NCBI GenBank assembly: GCA_964487465.1
Contig: CAZAQI010000003.1
Coordinates: 1-51,555, forward strand
DNA length: 51,555 nt
DNA from: an uncultured Candidatus Bathyarchaeia archaeon
GTDB taxonomy: Archaea; Thermoproteota; Bathyarchaeia; TCS64
Direction of reading: 5' to 3'
The notes under the pieces are model-generated. The model saw nothing but the letters and a program-made list of their open reading frames with translations, was not told where the DNA came from and did no database searches. The translations under genes were made by a program, and so were the position numbers. Positions 17,815 to 27,242 of the stretch are shown here, piece after piece. The stretch's first letter is position 1. Each line of letters begins with the position of its first letter.

Positions 17815-18141
17815 ATGGAAACCTTAGAGATTCTTACATTAGAAAACATCAAACCTTGGGCCTATGTAGGAGGCGAGCTAGTAAGAGCCGCCATGGCTCC
17901 CTTGATGCCCGCGCTAGGCGAGAGCCTTGGATTAACAAGTGAAAAAATGCTACAAGTGTTTGAAAACCGAGACAATATAGAACGATTGATCCAACTATTA
18001 GAAGAAAACCTCAAAAAAGAGGAAGCAGAACGTAAACTAAAAAAAGAAAAAGAAAAGAAGCAGAAAAAAGAGGAAAAAAAGCGAGAAGAAGCAGTTAAAA
18101 AAGCTCTACGAGACGCAGAGACGAAAAATAAGCGAAAATGA
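17815..18141 (+). CDS. Small charged protein S1, paralogue of 25741..26118; its N-terminal part is disrupted upstream
   Basis: The blocks ILxLExxxP...PLxPxLG...LxxFExxxNxExLIQxLE are shared with S2 at identical spacing. It has a K/E-rich tail. The upstream stretch 17720..17814 carries the homologous N-terminus, interrupted by a TAG and a frame change. Confidence 0.55.
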   Translation: METLEILTLENIKPWAYVGGELVRAAMAPLMPALGESLGLTSEKMLQVFENRDNIERLIQLLEENLKKEEAERKLKKEKEKKQKKEEKKREEAVKKALRDAETKNKRK

Positions 18142-18229
18142 CTAAATCTATCTTAATCTTTAGGTTTCTATGAGGACTGTAAATTAGAAATCTTTAAGCG
18201 TCAGGTGTCGCGACTGAATATGAAACAAT

Positions 18230-20062
18230 ATGGCAAGCCTCAGCAAACCCAAAGAGGAAATGCAATTTATTATTGCCACCGACGTAGGCAGCACCACAAC
18301 AAAAGCCCGTTTCTTTCACAAGAAAGACGGCGAGTGGCGTTTCCTAGTAGCAGGAGAGGCACCCACGACAGTAGAAGCCCCATATGAAGACGTTACCCTT
18401 GGGGTGCAGAACGCGGTTCGTGAGGTAGAGGAGCTAACAGGACACAAGCTTCTAGCACCTGAAGGTGGAATGATCATCCCATATGACGGCGAGAAAGGCG
18501 TAGACCTTTACTGTACAACCAGCAGCGCTGGTGGAGGACTACAGATGATGGTCGCCGGCTTAATCAAGTCAATGACAGCAGAATCAGCAAACAGAGCGGC
18601 TCTCGGAGCAGGCGCTATCGTGATGGATGTAATCGCCAGAGACGATGGCCGACAGAGCTACGAAAAGATCAAGAGGATACGGAACCTTAGACCCGACATG
18701 ATCCTAATGGCGGGGGGAACCGATGGAGGAGCAAGCCAGCACGTAATGGAGATAGCTGAGCTAATAAAGGCAGCAGAACCCAAGCCGAGGCTAGGCGTAG
18801 CATACGAGCTGCCAATCGTATACGCGGGTAACAAGGCACTAAGATCAGAGATAGGCGAACTAATGGAGGAAGGCTTCGCCCTAGAGATAGTTGATAACAT
18901 CAGACCCGTTCTTGAGCAGGAAAACACAGAGCCAGCGAGGCGAGCTGTCCACGAGTTATTCATGGAGCACGTCATGAGCCATGCACCAGGCTATACAAAA
19001 CTGATGAATTGGACACCCATTGACATCATGCCCACACCAGCTGGAGAAGGTATGGCGATCCAACTAATCGCAAACACATTCGATCAAAACGTTCTAGGCG
19101 TAGGACTCGGAGGAGCAACCACTAACGTATACTCAATTGTAGAAGGAAGATTCGTACGAAGCGTATCAGCGAACCTTGGAATGAGTTACAGCGTAACCAA
19201 CGTCATGAAAGAGGCTGGCATAGAGAACATCATGCGATGGATCCCATTCAACCTAGATGAAGAAGAGGTCGCCAGTCGTCTAATGAACAAAATGATCAGG
19301 CCAACCACTATACCACAGACATTAGAAGATCTAATAGTAGAACACAGCGTTGCCCGTGAAGCACTGAGACTAGGTTTAAAACATCATAGAACCATCGCGA
19401 CTAGGCTCAAAGGCGTACAGTTAGAGAGAACCATCAGCGACATGTTCGAGCAAGCAGTAGAAGATAGCTACGTACAGATGATGAACATAGATATATGCGC
19501 TGGAACAGGTGGCTTATTGAGCCACGCCCCTAGACGAGTTCAAAGCATGCTCATACTGACAGATGCTTGGCTCACCGAGGGTATTACCAGAATGATGCAG
19601 GACAGCGTCTTCATGATGCCGCACTTGGGTGTTGTATCAACAGTATACCGTGAAGCAGCATGGAACATCTTCGATAAAGACTGTCTACTCCGACTAGGAA
19701 CAAGCATAGCAGCGTCTGGACAAGCCAAATATGGGAAACCCGTTATGGATATAGATATAGAGATGCCTAATGGTAAGAAACTGGAAGAATCCCTAAGCTT
19801 GGGTGATCTAAAGCTGATACCTTTAGGGGAAGGCGAGGAAGCCAAAGTCTTTGTTGAGCCCGCTAACCAATACGATGTAGGAGCGGGTCCAGGAAAAGAA
19901 CTTGAGGCCACTGTTAAGGGAGGCGTAGCGGGACTATTACTTGATGCCCGTGGAAGACCACTTTATCTCCCAGATGAAGAACAGAAAAGAAAAGAGCTAT
20001 TGTTGAAGTGGTTCAGAGCAATTGATCTATACCCTGAGGAATCCTTGGAGGCGTTACTATAA
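18230..20062 (+). CDS. GlmL/MutL-like ASKHA-fold ATPase (glutamate mutase accessory-protein family) with a C-terminal extension
   Basis: The N-terminal phosphate-1 motif ATDVGSTTTKA, plus MAGGTDGG and AGTGGLLSHAP, match the three ASKHA motifs as arranged in GlmL. It is 610 aa, versus about 460 aa for typical GlmL. Confidence 0.6.
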   Translation: MASLSKPKEEMQFIIATDVGSTTTKARFFHKKDGEWRFLVAGEAPTTVEAPYEDVTLGVQNAVREVEELTGHKLLAPEGGMIIPYDGEKGVDLYCTTSSAGGGLQMMVAGLIKSMTAESANRAALGAGAIVMDVIARDDGRQSYEKIKRIRNLRPDMILMAGGTDGGASQHVMEIAELIKAAEPKPRLGVAYELPIVYAGNKALRSEIGELMEEGFALEIVDNIRPVLEQENTEPARRAVHELFMEHVMSHAPGYTKLMNWTPIDIMPTPAGEGMAIQLIANTFDQNVLGVGLGGATTNVYSIVEGRFVRSVSANLGMSYSVTNVMKEAGIENIMRWIPFNLDEEEVASRLMNKMIRPTTIPQTLEDLIVEHSVAREALRLGLKHHRTIATRLKGVQLERTISDMFEQAVEDSYVQMMNIDICAGTGGLLSHAPRRVQSMLILTDAWLTEGITRMMQDSVFMMPHLGVVSTVYREAAWNIFDKDCLLRLGTSIAASGQAKYGKPVMDIDIEMPNGKKLEESLSLGDLKLIPLGEGEEAKVFVEPANQYDVGAGPGKELEATVKGGVAGLLLDARGRPLYLPDEEQKRKELLLKWFRAIDLYPEESLEALL

Positions 20063-21234
20063 TGGTAGACCAAGAAACAGAGAAAAAGACCAATAACGAG
20101 GAAAAAGATACAGAAGAAGCCCACGCATACACTCCTGGGCTTAAAGTCAAGAAATCTACATCAGTAACCAAGATGCGAAGACTCCCCTTATTAGGGGAGG
20201 TCTATGTAGAAGAAGGGGACACGGTAAAACACGAGGACATAGTCGCTAGAACAGAGATCAGTGGTGACCCTGAGATCGTAAAGATGTCCATGATTATGGG
20301 GATGGAGCCAGAGGATACTCCTCGGTATATGACCAAAGATATTGGTGATAAGGTTGAGAAAGGGGAGCAGCTTGCATTCTATAAAGCCCTTTTTGGGTTA
20401 ATTAAGAAAGAGGTTAAAGCACCGGTCACTGGAACCCTTGAAAGCTTTAGCGAGGTAACGGGACAGGCTATTATTAGAGGTTCCCCGATCCCCGTTGAGG
20501 TTGACGCATATATCCCAGGCGAGATAATAGAAATATTGCCTAGGGAAGGCGCGATAATTGAGACTCATGCAGCTTTCATTCAAGGAATCTTTGGGATTGG
20601 AGGTGAGACGCATGGAGAAATACATGTAGCGGTCTCTGGTAATGATGATGTATTGGAGGCGGATATGATAACCTCTGAGCACACAGGTAAGGTGATAATC
20701 GGTGGATGCAGAGTAACCTTGGAAGCCTTGAAGAAGGCGGTCGAGATAGGTGTGTCCGCTGTGGTAAGCGGAGGAATCCGTCACGACAACCTGACAGAGT
20801 TCACAGGGGAAGAGATCGGTGTAGCTATTACTGGTCAGGAAGAGGTAGATATTACCGTTATAATCACTGAGGGATTTGGTAACATGAACATGAACCAATC
20901 CACCTTTGCTCTATTGAAAGAATTCGAGGGTTACAGTGCCTCTGTTAATGGTACCACCCAGATCAGAGCAGGCGTCCTCCGTCCAGAGATAATTATCCCA
21001 CATGAGATGAAGGTTGAGGATGAATCTGAGGAGCTCGCTCAGGGAATGATACCAGGTACACCAATCAGGATTATCCGGCAGCCCTACTTCGGAGCCATAG
21101 GCGAGGTTCACAGTCTACCTGTTGAACTTCAGCAACTAGAATCAGAGAGCATGGTACGTGTCGTAAACATCAAACTTGATGAAGGAAAAGTAGTCACAGT
21201 ACCAAGGGCTAACGTCGAGATAATCGAAGAGTAA
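20062..21234 (+). CDS. Hypothetical protein with N-terminal lipoyl/barrel-sandwich-hybrid-like motifs, translationally coupled to the GlmL-like gene
   Basis: TAATG stop/start overlap at 20060-20064. The segments GEVYVEEGDTVKHEDIVART, VEKGEQLAF and APVTGTL look like barrel-sandwich hybrid strands. The C-terminal half is Gly-rich and alpha/beta-like. Confidence 0.45.
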   Translation: MVDQETEKKTNNEEKDTEEAHAYTPGLKVKKSTSVTKMRRLPLLGEVYVEEGDTVKHEDIVARTEISGDPEIVKMSMIMGMEPEDTPRYMTKDIGDKVEKGEQLAFYKALFGLIKKEVKAPVTGTLESFSEVTGQAIIRGSPIPVEVDAYIPGEIIEILPREGAIIETHAAFIQGIFGIGGETHGEIHVAVSGNDDVLEADMITSEHTGKVIIGGCRVTLEALKKAVEIGVSAVVSGGIRHDNLTEFTGEEIGVAITGQEEVDITVIITEGFGNMNMNQSTFALLKEFEGYSASVNGTTQIRAGVLRPEIIIPHEMKVEDESEELAQGMIPGTPIRIIRQPYFGAIGEVHSLPVELQQLESESMVRVVNIKLDEGKVVTVPRANVEIIEE

Positions 21235-21243
21235 AACTCTTCA

Positions 21244-22065
21244 CTATTTTCTTTTGAATACCTGTTTAACAGCTTCTATATCCTCGCCTATAATCTCTAT
21301 GTTATTCATATTCCCTATCCCCGTCTCATTGCACCATCTGATATGATCAATTTCTTCTGGATTAAAACCCATAATCTTTGAACCAGTAGCATCTGCTGCA
21401 ACCGGATCCGTACTTGTTATGATCGTATTCATCTTTACAGGGTCGCCACGAACCGGTCCCCTCCCTTCCATGCCGATAAATCCATCTATCACGGTTACAT
21501 GTGAGGGCAGTGTTTTGTTTATGTCCTGAATAACTTTGTGCATTCCTCTGAGATGAAATTTTCCTTTCCACTTTGTAGTTAACATACCAAACATATTTTT
21601 TAATCCCAGAGTAACCTGGGTGCCCATATGGGTCTTGAGTTTAGCAGCCGAGACTATGGCTGACTCAGTTGCAATCTTCGCGACCTTAATCTTATTTAAA
21701 ACAAGTCCTTCATCAACTTGCAACTCGACTTTCTCGACATGACGCATATTGATGAACTGAACATCCAAGCAGTCTCCCAACTCTTTCATTCCACTGGCAA
21801 TCCATGCTTTATCTGCGTTAGTAGTCTGGGCATCGGATTCAACTATGATAACTTCTTTATCAATGTCTCTAAGTCGATTAACAATAGCCTCAACAACCAC
21901 GGGATCAGTTGTTGCCCCGGTCTCCCAGTTTTTTGTGGTTATAAAGTTAACCTTGACCAGCACACGATTCCAGTCTTTAAGAGCCTCTTCATATGGTATT
22001 AAATCCAGTGCATCATAAACGGGTTCAAGTCCTCTCTCACCTTTAACAACCGCGACACGACTCAT
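21244..22065 (-). CDS. DUF362 domain protein
   Basis: The N-terminal VAVVKGE...VLVKVNFIT and the later GMEGxGP-type segment (GMEGRGPVRGDP) are typical of DUF362. Confidence 0.6.
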   Translation of the reverse strand: MSRVAVVKGERGLEPVYDALDLIPYEEALKDWNRVLVKVNFITTKNWETGATTDPVVVEAIVNRLRDIDKEVIIVESDAQTTNADKAWIASGMKELGDCLDVQFINMRHVEKVELQVDEGLVLNKIKVAKIATESAIVSAAKLKTHMGTQVTLGLKNMFGMLTTKWKGKFHLRGMHKVIQDINKTLPSHVTVIDGFIGMEGRGPVRGDPVKMNTIITSTDPVAADATGSKIMGFNPEEIDHIRWCNETGIGNMNNIEIIGEDIEAVKQVFKRK

Positions 22066-22099
22066 ATTAATTCATACAAAGAGCAACTTTTAGAGTATT

Positions 22100-22531
22100 C
22101 TAAGGACTCCATCCGTATATTTTTCCATGATCTTTTACAAACAGTACTTTTCTATCCTGAGTATCAGTTGTGTACACTATCTTATAATTAACTGCTTTTA
22201 TCTTGAAATCCGTGTACTCCAGTTTTATTACATCTTCCTCGGGATAAGATTCAGAATACTCGGTTATTACGCAGCCTAGTCTTCTCAGATCCTCAAGCGC
22301 CTCAGTCATGTTTGGTTTCGTTTCATTCTTAACCGGTATCTGCGGCTCTGTTTCTTCCTTTGTCTGCATCGAAACTGGTTTAAATAAGTCATCTCCGAAC
22401 ATGGTTTCGCCTCCCCATTGACCATTGACCGTAAGCAAAAACAGGCAACCAATGAATAATACAATGCTGGTAAGTAAGACAAGGGCTCCAAGGATACCTA
22501 AACGTCCTTCTCTATGCCTTGTTATGGCCAT
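22100..22531 (-). CDS. Membrane-anchored hypothetical protein
   Basis: A single N-terminal hydrophobic helix (LGILGALVLLTSIVLFIGCLFLL) followed by a soluble domain of about 90 aa. Confidence 0.5.
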   Translation of the reverse strand: MAITRHREGRLGILGALVLLTSIVLFIGCLFLLTVNGQWGGETMFGDDLFKPVSMQTKEETEPQIPVKNETKPNMTEALEDLRRLGCVITEYSESYPEEDVIKLEYTDFKIKAVNYKIVYTTDTQDRKVLFVKDHGKIYGWSP

Positions 22532-22676
22532 GTTCCCTCTAATGGTTTTTAAATTAAGATATTTGCGGAGTAATACTATTTTTCACTACTCTTAACTAAT
22601 AGTAGGTGCCGATGGTATAGAGTTATATAGATATTTTTAAGATGAGAAAACAGATAATTGATTTAAAAAAGTGGTC

Positions 22677-25163
22677 CTAAGCAGTTCCATAGTAAATGCT
22701 GTTGAATAATAGCTTTAAGGTGGCTCTATTCTGGTTTCTGAAATGAGGTGGGCATCCAATCATGATTATTGTCCCATCCCCCGCTGGTATATCTGCTACA
22801 GATGTCTTTCCTCTGAGATGTTTTTCACCCAGTATCCAGCCGCTTATCAATGGATCAGCCTCAGGGTACCATGCAACCGCTTCACCGTTCTTCAGATTGA
22901 AGGCTGGGCTATGTAAGAACATTATTGTCTCTTCTCTATCGAAACCGTAACCTGTGGGATGTGCGTTATCCACTAATACCCTCAATAAGCTACCTGGGCA
23001 ATAGAACTCTTTCTCGTCGAGACCCTCCAGTACTAGTTCTGCTTCAGCCCAAAGTTCTTTCACTGCGTATTCGCAACTACGGTTAAGAGTAATCACTGTG
23101 CCGCCTTTATCAAGGAAGTCTAGTATATTCCGGTTACCTATATCCCCGATTCCTTGGATGTATTTTTTCTCGTACATGGATGGGTCCATGTATTCCTGTC
23201 CATGCATTCCATTCATTATGGATGAGTTGGACATATCTGGAATAATCAAGACCTCTGTTTCATCAAGTTTCCCTGATCTTATATCCTCGGGGTAGAGATT
23301 AGTATAATTGAAGTCGTATGCTTCCAGAACCATTCTTAGCCACCCCTCATCGGCAAGGGGTAACCATGGTCGATAAACTCCAATCTTCGGTGGGTTTATC
23401 TCAAATGTATCAGGAAGGGGTCTCTCTAATCCCGTGAAATCAATACCGTAATCTATCGCCATCTCTCCCAGGACTCTTTTTATCCCCGTCTCGGATTCAA
23501 CGATGTATGTTCCGGGTTTGAGTGCCTCATCGCCTACTTCAAATTCTTCCAGAGATCTATGTACCTTAAACCCTTCTCTAAGTAATTTGTTCACGGCTTT
23601 AACGGAATAGTTTGGAGTGGGGTCAAACACATAGTATTCCCCTTCTCCAATAACCGCTCCTTTTTCGAGTTCTGGCTCATCAACTATTCGTAATGCAGCG
23701 TCGAATGATTCAGCTACCTCAACAACGTTTACACCCATCTGAAGATTCAAAGTATGTGCTGTAACATCATACGGCACCTTAGGTGGCATATCAGGTTTAT
23801 CTCTAAGATCAGGGTATACTTGTTTCTCCAGTAATGCCTTGGCGAATTTACCGTAGGGCTGAGCATAGCGTATGAAATAGCTCCCAGCAGGATAATCTAT
23901 TCCATCAGCAGTGAATTCGGCTATTGCCTGATCAACTTCAACATCACCCATACGCATAACCTCAAGTAATTCAACAACTGCAGCGGGGTCACGTTGCCCT
24001 GATGGGATTATGAATCCATAAGACCCCTCTTCGGGGGTTAATGCTCTTTTTCCCATCTCATATGTTCCTTTTAACCATCTTTTACGGAATTTAGCTGCGG
24101 TCTTGAGACACGCAATGGAGGCTATGAGTTCGTATTCTATAATGTCTCTTAGGGTCCATTTTCCCCCTCTCCATGGAAGAGGATGGTTCCATCTAGAGTC
24201 AAGAGGTTTGAAGCCTTGGCGTTCTTCAAGTTCTTCTTTTTCAATCTCTATGGGTGAGGCTATGTTGACAGAGGCAGCTTCTGAGAGTATTCTTATTCCT
24301 CCATGGTAGTGCTGGTATGCTCTTGCTGGGGTCCAGCCATCAAAAACCCAGTGCACCGCCACGCCTTTTCTGTCTTCGCGTGCAAGGGCATCAGCCATGC
24401 TTATCCCCATGAAGTTTACACCACTCTGCAGTATAGGATCTACGTTTGGCTCCATAGGGTCTATGAAGGGGGGAACAAAGAATCTTGGCCCTTTCTTACC
24501 CATTTGATGGATATCATAGACTATCTGAGGGTGCCAGACATTGTGAACTTTGCTTATGGCTAACTGGGTTTCTTTTAGAATAAACATGTACCAGTCACGG
24601 TTGTTATCGTGACCCGCGTACTTGTGGTAGACATATGGAGGGGTGCTTCCCTCATAATCTGTGCCAAGATATTTCTTATACCATTCAACAACTCGTCGAT
24701 TTCCATCTGGGTTTAGAGAAGGAACCAACAGGAATACAACATTATCCAAGATCTCCTTTACCTCCGTATCCATACTGGTAGCCAGTTTATGTGCTAGCTC
24801 CATGCTCATCTGACTACCGCCAACCTCGGTGCTATGGATGCTACATGTGATCAAGACAATTGTTTTCCCTTTCTCGATTAACTTCTCAGCTTCTTCTTCA
24901 CTCAGATCTACTGGTTTGGATAGCTTTAGCTGGATTTCTCTAAGCTCATCTAGATTAGCGAGGTTCTCGGGGCTTGAGATGGTTGCTAATATGAACGGGT
25001 TTTTTTCAGTGGTCTCACCGAGAGTCTCTACTTGTATCCTTGGAGACGTTTTGCCAATCTTGTTAAAATAATCGACTATCTCAGGCCAATCAGCCAGTTT
25101 CTTATCTGTTCCAACTGGATAACCAAGATGATCTTCAGGTGAAATTACGTCCTGTACTGTCAT
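22677..25163 (-). CDS. M14-family zinc carboxypeptidase with a large C-terminal extension
   Basis: HxxE zinc motif (CSIHSTEVGG), plus LVPSLNPDGN, GHDNNRDW and a third ligand region YDIHQMG. The protein is 828 aa. Confidence 0.8.
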   Translation of the reverse strand: MTVQDVISPEDHLGYPVGTDKKLADWPEIVDYFNKIGKTSPRIQVETLGETTEKNPFILATISSPENLANLDELREIQLKLSKPVDLSEEEAEKLIEKGKTIVLITCSIHSTEVGGSQMSMELAHKLATSMDTEVKEILDNVVFLLVPSLNPDGNRRVVEWYKKYLGTDYEGSTPPYVYHKYAGHDNNRDWYMFILKETQLAISKVHNVWHPQIVYDIHQMGKKGPRFFVPPFIDPMEPNVDPILQSGVNFMGISMADALAREDRKGVAVHWVFDGWTPARAYQHYHGGIRILSEAASVNIASPIEIEKEELEERQGFKPLDSRWNHPLPWRGGKWTLRDIIEYELIASIACLKTAAKFRKRWLKGTYEMGKRALTPEEGSYGFIIPSGQRDPAAVVELLEVMRMGDVEVDQAIAEFTADGIDYPAGSYFIRYAQPYGKFAKALLEKQVYPDLRDKPDMPPKVPYDVTAHTLNLQMGVNVVEVAESFDAALRIVDEPELEKGAVIGEGEYYVFDPTPNYSVKAVNKLLREGFKVHRSLEEFEVGDEALKPGTYIVESETGIKRVLGEMAIDYGIDFTGLERPLPDTFEINPPKIGVYRPWLPLADEGWLRMVLEAYDFNYTNLYPEDIRSGKLDETEVLIIPDMSNSSIMNGMHGQEYMDPSMYEKKYIQGIGDIGNRNILDFLDKGGTVITLNRSCEYAVKELWAEAELVLEGLDEKEFYCPGSLLRVLVDNAHPTGYGFDREETIMFLHSPAFNLKNGEAVAWYPEADPLISGWILGEKHLRGKTSVADIPAGDGTIIMIGCPPHFRNQNRATLKLLFNSIYYGTA

Positions 25164-25236
25164 AGTAATGATGAGCCTTTTCTGATAGTTAAGATCAACG
25201 AATAAACCTAAGAACCCCTAGGACTATGCTAGTTTA

Positions 25237-25710
25237 ATGGATGAAGAACAAAGGGAAACCAGTGGATCCGAACGGATAAAAGAGTCTATCGAAGAGAACA
25301 AGTTGCCCAGAGAACCTAATCAAGCCGACTATATGGCTGCAGCAATATTAGCAAACGGTATAATCTGGTTCTGGATGGAATCTCTAAAAATGTTCAGCGG
25401 GTTCACGAGTAGGATTCATCCTACATTTTTAGCTGATCTAAGTTATTTAACTTTCATAATAGCCGGTTTTATCTCTTCTCAACAGGTTGCTAAAAGAAGT
25501 GATCGAAACCAGTTGATAGTCGCATTGCGCTCTGCTCTGTATTCTTGGGCGGGTTCCCTTTTTATGATGGTTACTATGACTGGGGGTCCAACAATCTCTT
25601 TCGCTTTAATCATACTAGTCTGTCTATTAGCGGGGGCTGTCCTTGGTAGTTACATGTTGATAAGATGGCGTATAAAAGAACGAAAGAATATTCTCAAAGC
25701 AAGTTCTTAA
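25237..25710 (+). CDS. Membrane protein M2 (about 4 TM), full-length paralogue of 17379..17645
   Basis: Acidic N-terminus followed by hydrophobic helices. It shares the A.YSW block with M1. Confidence 0.6.
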   Translation: MDEEQRETSGSERIKESIEENKLPREPNQADYMAAAILANGIIWFWMESLKMFSGFTSRIHPTFLADLSYLTFIIAGFISSQQVAKRSDRNQLIVALRSALYSWAGSLFMMVTMTGGPTISFALIILVCLLAGAVLGSYMLIRWRIKERKNILKASS

Positions 25711-25740
25711 ATCCGATTCAAACATGAGTAATATTGTTTC

Positions 25741-26118
25741 GTGGACATCATGTTTTGGGATGAAGAAATATCGCCGGAGGAAGAGGAGGAAATCATAGAG
25801 TCAATTGCCCGAAAGTTATATCGATACGGATTAGAGACCGCGGGGATACTGTTTCTTGAAAGCCTAAGACCTATCAGTAGATATGCTTCAAGTATGGGTC
25901 AAGTTGTTGTTTCACCTTTGTTGCCTTTCCTGGGTGACAATCTTATGATGAAAGGTGACAAAACTTTAAGAATATTTGAACGAGAAGAAAATGTTGAAAA
26001 ACTAATTCAAAGATTAGAAGATTTAGCTGTAACAGGTCTAGAATCTGAAAAAGAGCTTAAAAACGAATTAGAGTGTCGAGAAAATGATGAGACAAGCATA
26101 GAAGAAGAAAAAGGTTGA
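25741..26118 (+). CDS. Small acidic protein S2, paralogue of 17815..18141
   Basis: GTG at 25741 or ATG at 25750. It has the same conserved blocks as S1 and lies 30 nt downstream of M2. Confidence 0.6.
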   Translation: MDIMFWDEEISPEEEEEIIESIARKLYRYGLETAGILFLESLRPISRYASSMGQVVVSPLLPFLGDNLMMKGDKTLRIFEREENVEKLIQRLEDLAVTGLESEKELKNELECRENDETSIEEEKG

Positions 26119-26434
26119 CCTATAACTATCTTTCAATTTAGTTAATATTGATCGCGATAAATTTGTTGTATTATGTTTTCTAAAACCTGTTTTTCTCAGA
26201 GAACGAGAACAAGTTTCTATTTTCATTAGATCTTTTCTTTGTATAGGTAGTTATTTTTTATGAGAACTTAGTAAAAATTCTTTTAAAACTAGAAATATTA
26301 TAAAATATCTAGTTATTGAAAAAAAGTATTATATATACAAAGTAATGATATTGATTCAAGTCTATATTCATCGCGAGTAGCTCATAGTCGCTCTCAGGGG
26401 TAATTATGAGTCTCTGTGATGAATAGGCTAAAAA

Positions 26435-27235
26435 ATGGAAGGAAAAACAATGGCAATTATAGTAGAAGGACGAGTGATGACTTTCCTATTGATGGTCATT
26501 TTCTTCGTCTTAATGTACTACTTCATGGTACTAAACAAGGACGAACAGTATACTATTAGAACAATGCCGGCACTAGAAGCAGTTTCTGAAGCTGTTGGAA
26601 GAGCAGCGGAGATGGGGCGTCCAGTTCTTTGGACACCAGGTATGTCTGGAGCTTTGAACAACTCAAACCAAGGGCCTCAGGTATTAGCTGCCATCAGCAT
26701 TCTCCAATATGTTACAGAGGAATGTGTTAAGGCGGGGGTGCATATACAAGCAATTACGCCTCTACCAGATGCATTACCTCTTGTCGAGGAGACAATGCGA
26801 ACAGCATACCTAAGGGAAGGAAAACCTGAAGAGTTTGATCCCTCCGAACAAATTACTTTCATCGCTCAGCAATCACCCTACCTGACTGGGGTTTTAGGTT
26901 ATATGAATAGAGAAAAACCAGCCTCAAACATCCTAGTCGGTGGATTTTACTATGAGGCGGTAGTAATCGGTGAAGCAGGAAACCATATTGGTGCGATGCA
27001 AATCGGTGGAACCAACAACACACACCAGATGCCGTTCCTCGTAGCAACATGTGACTACATGCTCCTAGCAGAGGAACTATTCGCAGCAGGTGCCGCTATT
27101 AGCCAAAACAGAGATATGCTTGGTTCAATTAAAGGAGAGGACTATATGAAAATAATCCTTATGGCGATAACAGGGATTGGTTTCATACTAGGTGCACTAA
27201 ACATAACAATAATTGCTGACCTGTTAAGGATGTGA
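26435..27235 (+). CDS. Membrane operon subunit A: bitopic-anchored protein (N- and C-terminal TM helices with a central domain of about 200 aa), unknown function
   Basis: Hydrophobic segments MTFLLMVIFFVLMYYFMVL and IILMAITGIGFILGALNITII. I recognise no motif. An alternative ATG lies at 26450. Confidence 0.65.
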   Translation: MEGKTMAIIVEGRVMTFLLMVIFFVLMYYFMVLNKDEQYTIRTMPALEAVSEAVGRAAEMGRPVLWTPGMSGALNNSNQGPQVLAAISILQYVTEECVKAGVHIQAITPLPDALPLVEETMRTAYLREGKPEEFDPSEQITFIAQQSPYLTGVLGYMNREKPASNILVGGFYYEAVVIGEAGNHIGAMQIGGTNNTHQMPFLVATCDYMLLAEELFAAGAAISQNRDMLGSIKGEDYMKIILMAITGIGFILGALNITIIADLLRM

Positions 27236-27242
27236 TGAAAAG

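Noticed and set aside
18010-18141. An A-rich, apparently repetitive stretch (aaaaaagaaaaagaaaagaag...).
   Set aside because: It is in frame and encodes the K/E-rich tail of S1. This is low-complexity coding sequence, not a tandem repeat or mobile-element terminus.
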